A DNA stretch of 38,494 nucleotides from a virus (Duplodnaviria > Caudoviricetes): positions 1-38,494 of the IMG/VR virus record IMGVR_UViG_3300019784_000376; one strand, given 5' to 3'. Below the pieces are notes generated by a model, which did no database searches, had not been told where the DNA came from, and saw only the letters and a program-made list of their open reading frames with translations. Shown here in pieces: positions 27,535 to 34,825 of this stretch. A program made the position numbers and the translations under genes. Position 1 is the stretch's first letter. Every line of letters begins with the position of its first letter.

Positions 27535-28012
27535 GCCAGGACATGAACAGTATACTGGAAGACTTAGTATACCTTATGTAACTAAGTCAGGCGTTGTAGA
27601 CATACGCTTTCGCTCACTCAACCCTGCTGTTGAACCCAAGTATATGGGTATGGTTGGTGCAGATACAAAGATGTACAACGTATTAGATATTGAACGAGCA
27701 GGTGATTGGATTGGAGTATGCGAAGGTGAACTCGATACCCTTACTATGTCACGATGTGTTGGAATCCCATGCGTCGGAGTACCAGGAGCAAACTCTTGGA
27801 AGAAACACTACACAAGATTACTTGCTGACTTCGAGCGAATCTTTGTATTCGCAGATGGTGACGGACCAGGACGAGAGTTTGCAAACAGTTTGGCAAGAGA
27901 GTTACCAGTCACTATCGTGGGATTCGGTGACGGGGAAGATGTTAATTCGGCATACACGAAGTACGGTGCGCATTTCATTAAAGAAAAGATGGGCTTAACA
28001 AATGAAGAATGA
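27383..28012 (+). CDS. DNA primase catalytic (Toprim) subunit
   Basis: YLRSRGI, RLSIPY, PKY, VCEGELD and FADGDGPG motifs; start estimated at GTG 27383. Confidence 0.85.
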   Translation: MAQQNSQKELLGIASKRYQESIYQAEDYLRSRGITLEVARLARLGVVAEPEPGHEQYTGRLSIPYVTKSGVVDIRFRSLNPAVEPKYMGMVGADTKMYNVLDIERAGDWIGVCEGELDTLTMSRCVGIPCVGVPGANSWKKHYTRLLADFERIFVFADGDGPGREFANSLARELPVTIVGFGDGEDVNSAYTKYGAHFIKEKMGLTNEE

Positions 28013-28340
28013 TATGAAGAAATGCCCTCAGTGTGGTGAATTGTTTGAGAATGTATTCGAAGCGATTGACCACTTGCTTGAAGAAGATGAAGACTTTGAC
28101 CCAGCACTTATACTTCCAAATGGTTATAGATTAATGATTGGTTCTTTGTTGAAATGTTTATATAAATATTCTAATGAACCAGAAAAGATTGAAGAGATAA
28201 CAGAGTCAACGTATCTTACTTTGTTTACAGCAGAGACTAACCCGCTTCAGATAATGAATGTGGTAGAAGATATGATAGTTGATTCAAGTATGATTGGAAT
28301 TGATGACGAACTTAGACACCTCTTGGGAAATGGAGAATGA
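28002..28340 (+). CDS. Hypothetical protein with an N-terminal CxxC...H zinc motif
   Basis: CPQCGELF...DH. Confidence 0.6.
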   Translation: MKNDMKKCPQCGELFENVFEAIDHLLEEDEDFDPALILPNGYRLMIGSLLKCLYKYSNEPEKIEEITESTYLTLFTAETNPLQIMNVVEDMIVDSSMIGIDDELRHLLGNGE

Positions 28341-28464
28341 AGAGATATGGCAGATTATCCAATACGTATCAGGACTGGGATTACAGATAGAGTCATATCA
28401 GAATCAAGACGGTCGGCTGAAGATAACCTTAACGATACCTCTATTAAGCGCGAAGTCCATCTAG
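28330..28464 (+). CDS. Possible 44 aa protein overlapping the next ORF
   Basis: MENEEIWQIIQYVSGLGLQIESYQNQDGRLKITLTIPLLSAKSI; starts within the end of the upstream gene. Confidence 0.4.
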   Translation: MENEEIWQIIQYVSGLGLQIESYQNQDGRLKITLTIPLLSAKSI

Positions 28465-28733
28465 AGGTGCACTTGAGCAACACAGTCAATGAGTTGTCTG
28501 ACTTGTTACTGAGTAAGCATAAGGACTATGGTCCTAGAAATATCTCACAAGCACCTGGCGGTGCAATTAATGGCTTACGTGTACGTATGCATGACAAGTT
28601 AGCACGAATCAATAACCTGATTGACAGTGGTGCAAACCCTGAGCACGAATCCTTAGAAGATTCCTTCAAGGACATGGCTAACTATGCAATCATTGGGTTG
28701 CTGGTTTTACGAAAGCAATGGGACAATGACTAA
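28347..28733 (+). CDS. Nucleotide-modification-associated domain 1 (DUF1599-like, MazG/dATP-PPase-like helical fold); start uncertain
   Basis: KHKDYG...RMHDKLARI...ESLEDSFKDMANYAII. Confidence 0.7.
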   Translation: MADYPIRIRTGITDRVISESRRSAEDNLNDTSIKREVHLEVHLSNTVNELSDLLLSKHKDYGPRNISQAPGGAINGLRVRMHDKLARINNLIDSGANPEHESLEDSFKDMANYAIIGLLVLRKQWDND

Positions 28734-29136
28734 TAAATCTTCATTCGATTTAGACTTTGGATACGGACGCAAGGGTGAGCAGTTAGTAGATGAGTTGCTT
28801 ACTGGTGGACGCACAGTAGAAGTAAAGCGTGACCGCAAGTGGGCTAAGACTAACAACCTATACATTGAAACTGAATGTTACTTCAAGAAGATTGAGGCAT
28901 GGGCTCCATCAGGATTGATGGTAACAGAAGCAGCATACTGGGCATTTGTGCTAGAAGAAAGCACATTGATTGTACCGATTGATGCACTTAAATATGCAGT
29001 AAAAGAATTCGGTAGAGAGATTGAATGTAACATACCACCTAATCTTTCTAAGGGTAAGTTAATAACTGTTGATGATTTAATGTCGGCAACACGACTATAT
29101 AAGAAAGCAAAGGCAGATGAACTGGCAACGCATTGA
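28726..29136 (+). CDS. Putative PD-(D/E)XK-type nuclease
   Basis: GEQLV...VEVKRD...NLYIE...SGL...AAYWAF. Confidence 0.55.
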   Translation: MTNKSSFDLDFGYGRKGEQLVDELLTGGRTVEVKRDRKWAKTNNLYIETECYFKKIEAWAPSGLMVTEAAYWAFVLEESTLIVPIDALKYAVKEFGREIECNIPPNLSKGKLITVDDLMSATRLYKKAKADELATH

Positions 29137-29812
29137 ACCTTGGGACTATGTCGTAGTGGCTGTAGCCTCTGAGTACCATAGGAAGTATGCTATGGTTGAG
29201 TTAGAGGATATCAAGCAATCACTATACGAATGGTTTATCGAGCACCCTAATAAGTTAGATGAGTGGGAAGCGATAGGTAAGAGAGATGCAAAGAACTTAA
29301 TCTATCGTAGCCTACGCAATCAGGCATTAGATTATTGTCAGAAGTGGAAAGCCAAGTCAGTCGGCTACGAAGTCTCTGATTTATTTTACTACGCACCTGA
29401 AGTTGTAGAGGCTATGTTGCCTGCTGTCTTGCGACATGACTTAACAATTACACCACAGTTAAATCTTGGTGGTAGTAGCACACCAACCGCACCATCTGAG
29501 GGCGGAAACTTAATGGCAATGATGATTGAAATTGACTGGGGTTACTGGAAGTTAAGCAAAGATGATAGGCGCATAATCTTTCTACGCCATGCTGAGTCAA
29601 TGGATTACAAGGAGATATCTAATACACTATCCTTGGGTTCAGAAGATGCAGCACGCATGAGAACTAAGCGTGCGCTTAATCGTTTGATTAGTAAAATAGG
29701 TGGGCATAAGCCCTATAGAGATGAAGACTCCACCCCTGCTGGCAAAGAGGTTGAACCAGCAGAGGCGGAATCTTTAGAGGAAGGCGACGAGCACAATAAC
29801 ACAGATGAATAG
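29117..29812 (+). CDS. RNA polymerase sigma-70-like (ECF-type) factor
   Basis: Region 2-like EDIKQ...LRNQALDY; region 4 HTH LS..DRRIIFLR...YKEIS..L...AAR.R..RALNRL. Confidence 0.75.
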   Translation: MNWQRIEPWDYVVVAVASEYHRKYAMVELEDIKQSLYEWFIEHPNKLDEWEAIGKRDAKNLIYRSLRNQALDYCQKWKAKSVGYEVSDLFYYAPEVVEAMLPAVLRHDLTITPQLNLGGSSTPTAPSEGGNLMAMMIEIDWGYWKLSKDDRRIIFLRHAESMDYKEISNTLSLGSEDAARMRTKRALNRLISKIGGHKPYRDEDSTPAGKEVEPAEAESLEEGDEHNNTDE

Positions 29813-29899
29813 TGCTATTGCTGATGTTATACTCGCGCCCCCAAGCACGATACCACCTATAAATAATGCAGTAAACTTAGTTGCTTTGAAACTATTCAT
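29774..29899 (-). CDS. Small hydrophobic membrane peptide (41 aa, not in ORF track)
   Basis: MNSFKATKFTALFIGGIVLGGASITSAIALFICVIVLVAFL; overlaps the upstream stop and the 3' end of the sigma gene. Confidence 0.5.
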   Translation of the reverse strand: MNSFKATKFTALFIGGIVLGGASITSAIALFICVIVLVAFL

Positions 29900-30065
29900 C
29901 AATGTATTGTTCCATATCTTCTAAGTCTAACTCTGCTGGGTCTACATACATATCTTCCCCATGTATGTCGTAGAACTCTTCTATCTCTTTCATGCTGGCG
30001 AATTGAAGCGTGTCATTGCTTGGCTCACAAGCAGAACAACCACCATCAATACATACATCACACAT
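29892..30065 (-). CDS. Small acidic Cys-rich protein
   Basis: MCDVCIDGGCSAC...; AGGAGG RBS before ATG 30065. Confidence 0.65.
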   Translation of the reverse strand: MCDVCIDGGCSACEPSNDTLQFASMKEIEEFYDIHGEDMYVDPAELDLEDMEQYIDE

Positions 30066-30066
30066 G

Positions 30067-30243
30067 TTACCCTCCTGTTGAATAGAAACCACTACCATTA
30101 AACTTAACTGGTGGTGCACTGTATACTCTAGACATTGGTTCATTACAGTTATCACAGTAAGGAACAATCTCTTCTTCTGTCATACCTCTAGTGATAGTGA
30201 TGACTGATGAGTCAGCATCACATTTGTATTCATAACTCGCCAT
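30067..30243 (-). CDS. FmdB-family zinc-ribbon protein (58 aa, not in ORF track)
   Basis: MASYEYKC...CDNCNEPMSRVYSAPPVKFNGSGFYSTGG matches the family pattern. Confidence 0.8.
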   Translation of the reverse strand: MASYEYKCDADSSVITITRGMTEEEIVPYCDNCNEPMSRVYSAPPVKFNGSGFYSTGG

Positions 30244-30331
30244 CTTGTTTCGCTTTCTCTATTACTTGTATCAATGCCAAGCCTGACTCAGTTAAGTTCC
30301 ACGCTTGGTCCCACTCATCAAACTCATCCAT
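30230..30331 (-). CDS. Hypothetical 33 aa peptide
   Basis: MDEFDEWDQAWNLTESGLALIQVIEKAKQDGEL; GGAGAGG RBS; fills the gap. Confidence 0.5.
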   Translation of the reverse strand: MDEFDEWDQAWNLTESGLALIQVIEKAKQDGEL

Positions 30332-30500
30332 TTGTTTCCTCTCCTGATTCCCATGGGTCCGTGTATTGTCTTGCCATATCACGATTGATTGCGTCTAGAA
30401 GAGCACTAGGTATCCTCATTGTTGGTGGGTCTATCATTAGTGTGCGATACTCTTCAGCACGTTCTTGCTTCTTAACTACGTGGTGTAGAAACTCACTCAT
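30324..30500 (-). CDS. Hypothetical 58 aa protein
   Basis: MSEFLHHVVKKQERAEEY...DPWESGEETNG; overlaps both neighbours. Confidence 0.55.
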   Translation of the reverse strand: MSEFLHHVVKKQERAEEYRTLMIDPPTMRIPSALLDAINRDMARQYTDPWESGEETNG

Positions 30501-30712
30501 CTTCTGTCCCTTCAGGTGTCGGTGCTGTTGCTAGTGTACCACACTCAGCACATTCCATGTCAAGAAAGTACATACCAATCTCACCATCTTCGTCGAACAT
30601 GGTCTTTAAGTTCCAAATTGCACAGCCACATGGACATACTGTGGTAGGTTCACCTCTAATATCCATAGCCTGAGTGTAGTCAGGCTTCATCTCTGTCACA
30701 TGCTTAGCCAAG
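30493..30712 (-). CDS. Zinc-ribbon protein (start uncertain)
   Basis: DIRGEPTTVCPCG...YFLDMECAECGTLATAPTP. Confidence 0.65.
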
Positions 30713-30913
30713 TTTGTCACCTCTGTGCTTAGCGTTACGCATGTGTATGTAGTGCGTCTCGGGTGCGTATGCACACTCAATACCTGAACTATGGAACATG
30801 TGCTCTGTTGCTGGTCTGTTACCTCTGGCTGGCACAGGTACGCGCAACGGGTTGCTAGTAATTGGTTTGTTACATGACATGCACATAACTTTATAGTCTT
30901 CTATTAGGCTCAT
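30704..30913 (-). CDS. Hypothetical protein with CxxC...HxxxxxC
   Basis: CMSC...HSSGIEC; ATG 30913 overlaps the SLT gene stop. Confidence 0.55.
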   Translation of the reverse strand: MSLIEDYKVMCMSCNKPITSNPLRVPVPARGNRPATEHMFHSSGIECAYAPETHYIHMRNAKHRGDKLG

Positions 30914-31305
30914 CAGTGCCAACCTTTCTGTTTAAAGTGTAGCCATGCTTCGCATGGTGTTCCGTATCTGTAGTAAATATAATCCAACCCACGCTCTATC
31001 TGTCGTGGTGCTGGTGTTGCAGGGTCAAGCCCCAACAGTTGAGGTATACCACCAGCATGCTTCCCCATAACCCTGATACTATTCCAAGCATCAGGATTCC
31101 ATGCTGATTCCTTACCCCATAATCTGTTGAGGCATGACCACTGTTCATCTTGCCACTCGCTGAGTTTGTCTCTAGCGTATGCCTTGCTATCTTCCTTACT
31201 CCAAGTAACTTGCACGCCTTTGTCTGTTGTGTCCGTGCTTTGTCTTGAGTTGTCCGATACAAACCATACTACTAATACAAGTAGCAAGAAACTTATTGCT
31301 TTCAC
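30913..31305 (-). CDS. Membrane-anchored lytic transglycosylase (SLT/lysozyme-like, actinobacterial type)
   Basis: N-terminal hydrophobic anchor; KESAWNP (catalytic Glu), GIPQ, QI..GL.YI..RYG.PC.AW......GW. Confidence 0.85.
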   Translation of the reverse strand: MKAISFLLLVLVVWFVSDNSRQSTDTTDKGVQVTWSKEDSKAYARDKLSEWQDEQWSCLNRLWGKESAWNPDAWNSIRVMGKHAGGIPQLLGLDPATPAPRQIERGLDYIYYRYGTPCEAWLHFKQKGWH

Positions 31306-31574
31306 AGGCTTACCTTCTCTCTAACTTTGTTAGCAAATGCTACCGCTGTACTTCTGTACTCGCTATCGATAGGTTCACCTGCTTCTAATAGTCGCTCACC
31401 TGATAGTGTGCCACCCCAAACTCCATAGTCTATGTTGTCTGGCTTCATACCTTCTGCCTTACATTCTACCACAGCAGGACAGTAAGAGCAAATCGTTAGT
31501 GCTCGTATTGCATTGTTAACTGTGTTAGAAAACCATAGGTCAGGGTTAACGTCACCTGTACATAGACCATTCAT
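31302..31574 (-). CDS. whiB: WhiB-family Fe-S transcription factor
   Basis: Four Cys (C...PDLWF...CxxC-x5-C) and GVWGG. Confidence 0.9.
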   Translation of the reverse strand: MNGLCTGDVNPDLWFSNTVNNAIRALTICSYCPAVVECKAEGMKPDNIDYGVWGGTLSGERLLEAGEPIDSEYRSTAVAFANKVREKVSL

Positions 31575-31582
31575 TGTTAACC

Positions 31583-31690
31583 TTATCTCTCTAGTGCTTC
31601 CTCAAGCATCTCGTCGAACTCTTCGTCAAGTTCCTCTTCTTCATCATACCCTAACGCTACGTCGTCGTCAAGTGGTGGCTCATAACTCAT
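31583..31690 (-). CDS. Highly acidic 35 aa peptide (not in ORF track)
   Basis: MSYEPPLDDDVALGYDEEEELDEEFDEMLEEALER; AAGGAG RBS. Confidence 0.6.
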   Translation of the reverse strand: MSYEPPLDDDVALGYDEEEELDEEFDEMLEEALER

Positions 31691-31832
31691 GCTTAAACTC
31701 CTTACCTACCTTGTATTCGGCAGCGATACTATCTACTGCCAACTCTAATCTACCCCTTAATTCTTGTTGCTGTGCTGATGTTAAATGAAACATCATCTCG
31801 TTAGTTAATTCTGCTTTCCATACTACTGTCAT
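31680..31832 (-). CDS. Hypothetical protein
   Basis: MTVVWKAEL...; GAGAGG RBS before ATG 31832. Confidence 0.6.
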   Translation of the reverse strand: MTVVWKAELTNEMMFHLTSAQQQELRGRLELAVDSIAAEYKVGKEFKHEL

Positions 31833-31855
31833 AATATATCCTCTCTTAATGTTAG

Positions 31856-31883
31856 TGAGTAGTTTAATGTCATACTCAGGACA
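31856..31883 (-). ncRNA. Compact H-type pseudoknot in an intergenic leader
   Basis: TGTC-CTGAGTAT-GACA-TTAAAC-TACTCA: stem TGTC/GACA, loop TGAGTA pairs with TACTCA. Confidence 0.5.
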
Positions 31884-31896
31884 GGGCGCGAAGTTC

Positions 31897-32163
31897 TTAC
31901 GCTTCGAACACCACTTCTGTGTAGCCATCTAGTCGCTCATGTGTTGTGACTAGACCCTTGCTACCAGTAAGGTGCTTGTATGTGCCGTTGCCTAGTGATA
32001 CCCACATAGACTTAGGCTTAAAGCGTGTCTGTGAGGCTGTCGCCTTCACGATAGTACCACGCTTAGGGAAGTCGCTCGAAGAGTCGAACGCGTTGTATGA
32101 AATCTCGTCTGCAATAATGCGTAATTCATCAGCAAGACCGAGAATAGTTTGGGTTGTGGACAT
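31897..32163 (-). CDS. Hypothetical protein
   Basis: 88 aa ORF with GAGAGG RBS. Confidence 0.65.
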   Translation of the reverse strand: MSTTQTILGLADELRIIADEISYNAFDSSSDFPKRGTIVKATASQTRFKPKSMWVSLGNGTYKHLTGSKGLVTTHERLDGYTEVVFEA

Positions 32164-32180
32164 TTGTTACCTCTCTGTTG

Positions 32181-33023
32181 TTAGTATAGGAATTGGCTTA
32201 GCGATTGTTTGCTTTGCCAGTTAGTGTTTGGTGTGTAACATAGACAGTCATCTATCATGATTGAACAATCAAAGCATGACTTGCACATGTTACAGTAGTA
32301 CGGGTTGTCTGTCAAGTCTGTGGCTGACTCGCAATAGGGGCAGACTTCTAAGTCTACCTCTACTTCATAGTCCCACATACCATGTTTAAGCATTGAGTAC
32401 TCACGTGGCTCGTAAGCATAAGGTTTGATTGCCATTGTGGGCTTAGGCTCTAGGTATGTTGTGCGTTTGTGGCTCTGATTAGACCACCAAATACCCTCAT
32501 TGTCCCATGAACCAGCCGACTCATTGAGTAGATACATAGGGTGCTTGGCTGCTGGGTCTACTGTTAGGATAGCAATCTTGCTACCCTTAGCCCAAGTCTC
32601 AGCCATTATCCATACGTTATCGTCATCAAGTGCAGACACACCACCAATTCTAGGTAGTGTATCCTCAGCGAAGACTCGCGTATCGCTACGCTTGTCTGAC
32701 TTGCCGATACTTATGTCAAGCACACCATTGTGTGCTAGGTAAGTACGCTCATCACCACCAACCATGAACGGGTGACAGTTCTGCTCGTTCTTAACACCAT
32801 GTGTGGCGTATCGTGCGTGCCACATGGCGTAGCCGTCTGGGAATTGCTTGCGTAATTCCAAGAAGCGTGCAATAGATTTTTTAGCAGACATGCTACGCTC
32901 GGAGATAATCCTATCGCCAGCATGTATAGCAAATCCAAATCCGTGTGGATTACTACACGCGCCAGCGTGTAAGTCTGCTTCGTTTGGTGTGGAGTTTGGC
33001 TCGCACACTATAAGTAAGCACAT
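32181..33023 (-). CDS. Class II glutamine amidotransferase (Ntn, N-terminal Cys) with a C-terminal Cys cluster
   Basis: M-CLL start, NPHGFG, HARYATHG, NCHPF, HNGV, SDT; GAGGGAG RBS before ATG 33023. Confidence 0.9.
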   Translation of the reverse strand: MCLLIVCEPNSTPNEADLHAGACSNPHGFGFAIHAGDRIISERSMSAKKSIARFLELRKQFPDGYAMWHARYATHGVKNEQNCHPFMVGGDERTYLAHNGVLDISIGKSDKRSDTRVFAEDTLPRIGGVSALDDDNVWIMAETWAKGSKIAILTVDPAAKHPMYLLNESAGSWDNEGIWWSNQSHKRTTYLEPKPTMAIKPYAYEPREYSMLKHGMWDYEVEVDLEVCPYCESATDLTDNPYYCNMCKSCFDCSIMIDDCLCYTPNTNWQSKQSLSQFLY

Positions 33024-33036
33024 GTTATCATCTCCC

Positions 33037-34320
33037 TCATGCGTTAGCAACTATCTTGTTGTTGATGTCTACTGATTGTATCTTGTCCAACCTAGAGTAC
33101 AGGTCGGGGTAGAGTCCATTGTTGGACACTACATAGTCAGCGAACCAGTCCCAAGATAATGCGCCAAGTTTGACGTCATCTAGGCGTAGGTCTCTAGTGT
33201 ATTCTACCATGGCTTGCGCTAAGTCTAGAGCACTTAGCACCCCACTTGTGTTCATTGTGCCCCTAAAGAAGCGCAATTCTATGGTGTGTGCGTTCTGAGT
33301 ATTGACCGCAGAGTATCTCTCTGAGGGTGTGAACGCGGGACTTGCTACCTTATGCTTGAGTGAGAACACAGGTCTGTCATACTCATCAAAGGTGTACACG
33401 TCATTAAACCTAGCGAACCTAGACTTACGACCTGCAAACTTCATCATGTGTGGTGCGTTGTGGTACACAAAGGCTATGAACCTATGCAAGTGTGCGCCAC
33501 TCTTAAATCCTTTGCGACTTAGGTGTATGTGTAAGCCACAGGTATCTGTATCCCATGACCTAGCACCATACTTAGTGCGCAACAATTCTATCGTATCCCA
33601 TAGTAACTTACTATTCTCTCGATACTCTTGATGAGTATGAGGGTGGGTTACAATCTCGAACCCGTTGCCAATACTTCCGTCATGCTTGAGGTATGCTATG
33701 CCGTCTAGATTACTAGAGGCGTACCTAGCACCACTATCAAGCGATTGTACCTCTGTCTCTAACTCGAAGCCTAGATACATGTTGTGCTTGCTTGTACCCT
33801 TAAACTTAGGGTTAGGCTTGCATGAGTAGTCGTGAATAGTACCGCTATTACGATACGCACGACAGCACCTATCGTTATCGTTGTCACGACAATCGCAAGA
33901 GTTATCATTGGTGAAACTCTCGTCACAATCCTCACACCAGTAACACTCTGACTCATAGCAACGCTCACAGTATGGCGTATCCTGTACATAAGTACAATCA
34001 CCTGAGTACGACTCAGAACATGAGTCGCAATAGTAACTGTAATTTTCCCAGCAATACTCACACCATGACTCGTCTCTGTCTACTGTGCGACTAGAGTCAT
34101 TGTCCATGCCGTCCTCGCAACGATTACAGTAACTAGCGCAATCATCACAGTAACTCATGACTCCAACGACTATGCGTTGTTCCATGTCTCTGACATCATC
34201 ACAATCCTCACACACAAACACACAATCTGTGCAATAAGCGTGCTCGTTCATTACTATCTCGTCCCCGTCATCTATTGTAGATGAACAGGTCGTACACTCT
34301 CTAGTGTTATCCTCGTCCAT
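33037..34320 (-). CDS. Putative amidoligase (COOH-NH2 ligase, glutamine-synthetase fold) with an N-terminal CxxC repeat array
   Basis: GFELE, DGS, FEIVTHP, CGLHIH, RYSAVN and TIELRFF motifs; about nine CxxC pairs in the first ~150 aa. Confidence 0.85.
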   Translation of the reverse strand: MDEDNTRECTTCSSTIDDGDEIVMNEHAYCTDCVFVCEDCDDVRDMEQRIVVGVMSYCDDCASYCNRCEDGMDNDSSRTVDRDESWCEYCWENYSYYCDSCSESYSGDCTYVQDTPYCERCYESECYWCEDCDESFTNDNSCDCRDNDNDRCCRAYRNSGTIHDYSCKPNPKFKGTSKHNMYLGFELETEVQSLDSGARYASSNLDGIAYLKHDGSIGNGFEIVTHPHTHQEYRENSKLLWDTIELLRTKYGARSWDTDTCGLHIHLSRKGFKSGAHLHRFIAFVYHNAPHMMKFAGRKSRFARFNDVYTFDEYDRPVFSLKHKVASPAFTPSERYSAVNTQNAHTIELRFFRGTMNTSGVLSALDLAQAMVEYTRDLRLDDVKLGALSWDWFADYVVSNNGLYPDLYSRLDKIQSVDINNKIVANA

Positions 34321-34353
34321 GTATCTCACCCCCTCTCGCTATCTTGTAGTTGT

Positions 34354-34382
34354 AGTGTAGCATAGTGCTACGCCTTTGTCAA
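34354..34382 (-). promoter_or_regulatory. SigA-type promoter P5 (amidoligase operon)
   Basis: TTGACA-17-TACACT with extended TG. Confidence 0.8.
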
Positions 34383-34556
34383 TTCTCTAGCGTTATCTAT
34401 AATCATGTCTGCAATCTTAGAGCGCAGGTCTTGTACCTCTAGCACTAGGCTAGGGAAATCGTTGCGCTTATGGGTATCCTCTTGCACTCTAAGTGCCATG
34501 CGGATTACCTCGACCTCACGTTGAGTAAGGTTCAATAGTAGGTTATCGTGCGTCAT
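34368..34556 (-). CDS. Hypothetical protein
   Basis: 62 aa ORF with GAGGG RBS. Confidence 0.6.
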   Translation of the reverse strand: MTHDNLLLNLTQREVEVIRMALRVQEDTHKRNDFPSLVLEVQDLRSKIADMIIDNARELTKA

Positions 34557-34683
34557 AGTAGCCCTCGTAACGCTTGAGTCTACGTTCTAAGACGTACACC
34601 CTGCGGAACGCTACCAATAGTACCATGTTCACCGATAGCAACGCTATCATCAACGCGAACATGTCACCTGTTGAAAGTGTCAT
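34543..34683 (-). CDS. Small membrane protein (46 aa, not in ORF track)
   Basis: MTLSTGDMFALMIALLSVNMVLLVAFRRVYVLERRLKRYEGYYDAR; GAGAGG RBS. Confidence 0.65.
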   Translation of the reverse strand: MTLSTGDMFALMIALLSVNMVLLVAFRRVYVLERRLKRYEGYYDAR

Positions 34684-34685
34684 GT

Positions 34686-34784
34686 CTAACCTCTCTCACA
34701 AGGACACCATGAGCCTAGATTAAGTTTGCCACACTTAGGACAAGTCCAAAACCTATCCTTGCGTGGGTCGCTTTCACTACTCAT
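34686..34784 (-). CDS. 32 aa zinc-finger microprotein (RanBP2-like spacing, not in ORF track)
   Basis: MSSESDPRKDRFWTCPKCGKLNLGSWCPCERG; starts just downstream of promoter P4. Confidence 0.6.
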   Translation of the reverse strand: MSSESDPRKDRFWTCPKCGKLNLGSWCPCERG

Positions 34785-34795
34785 GAAGTACCCTT

Positions 34796-34824
34796 ATCTT
34801 ATCATGGCTTGACCCTGTTGTCAA
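34796..34824 (-). promoter_or_regulatory. SigA-type promoter P4
   Basis: TTGACA-17-TAAGAT with extended TG. Confidence 0.8.
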
Positions 34825-34825
34825 G

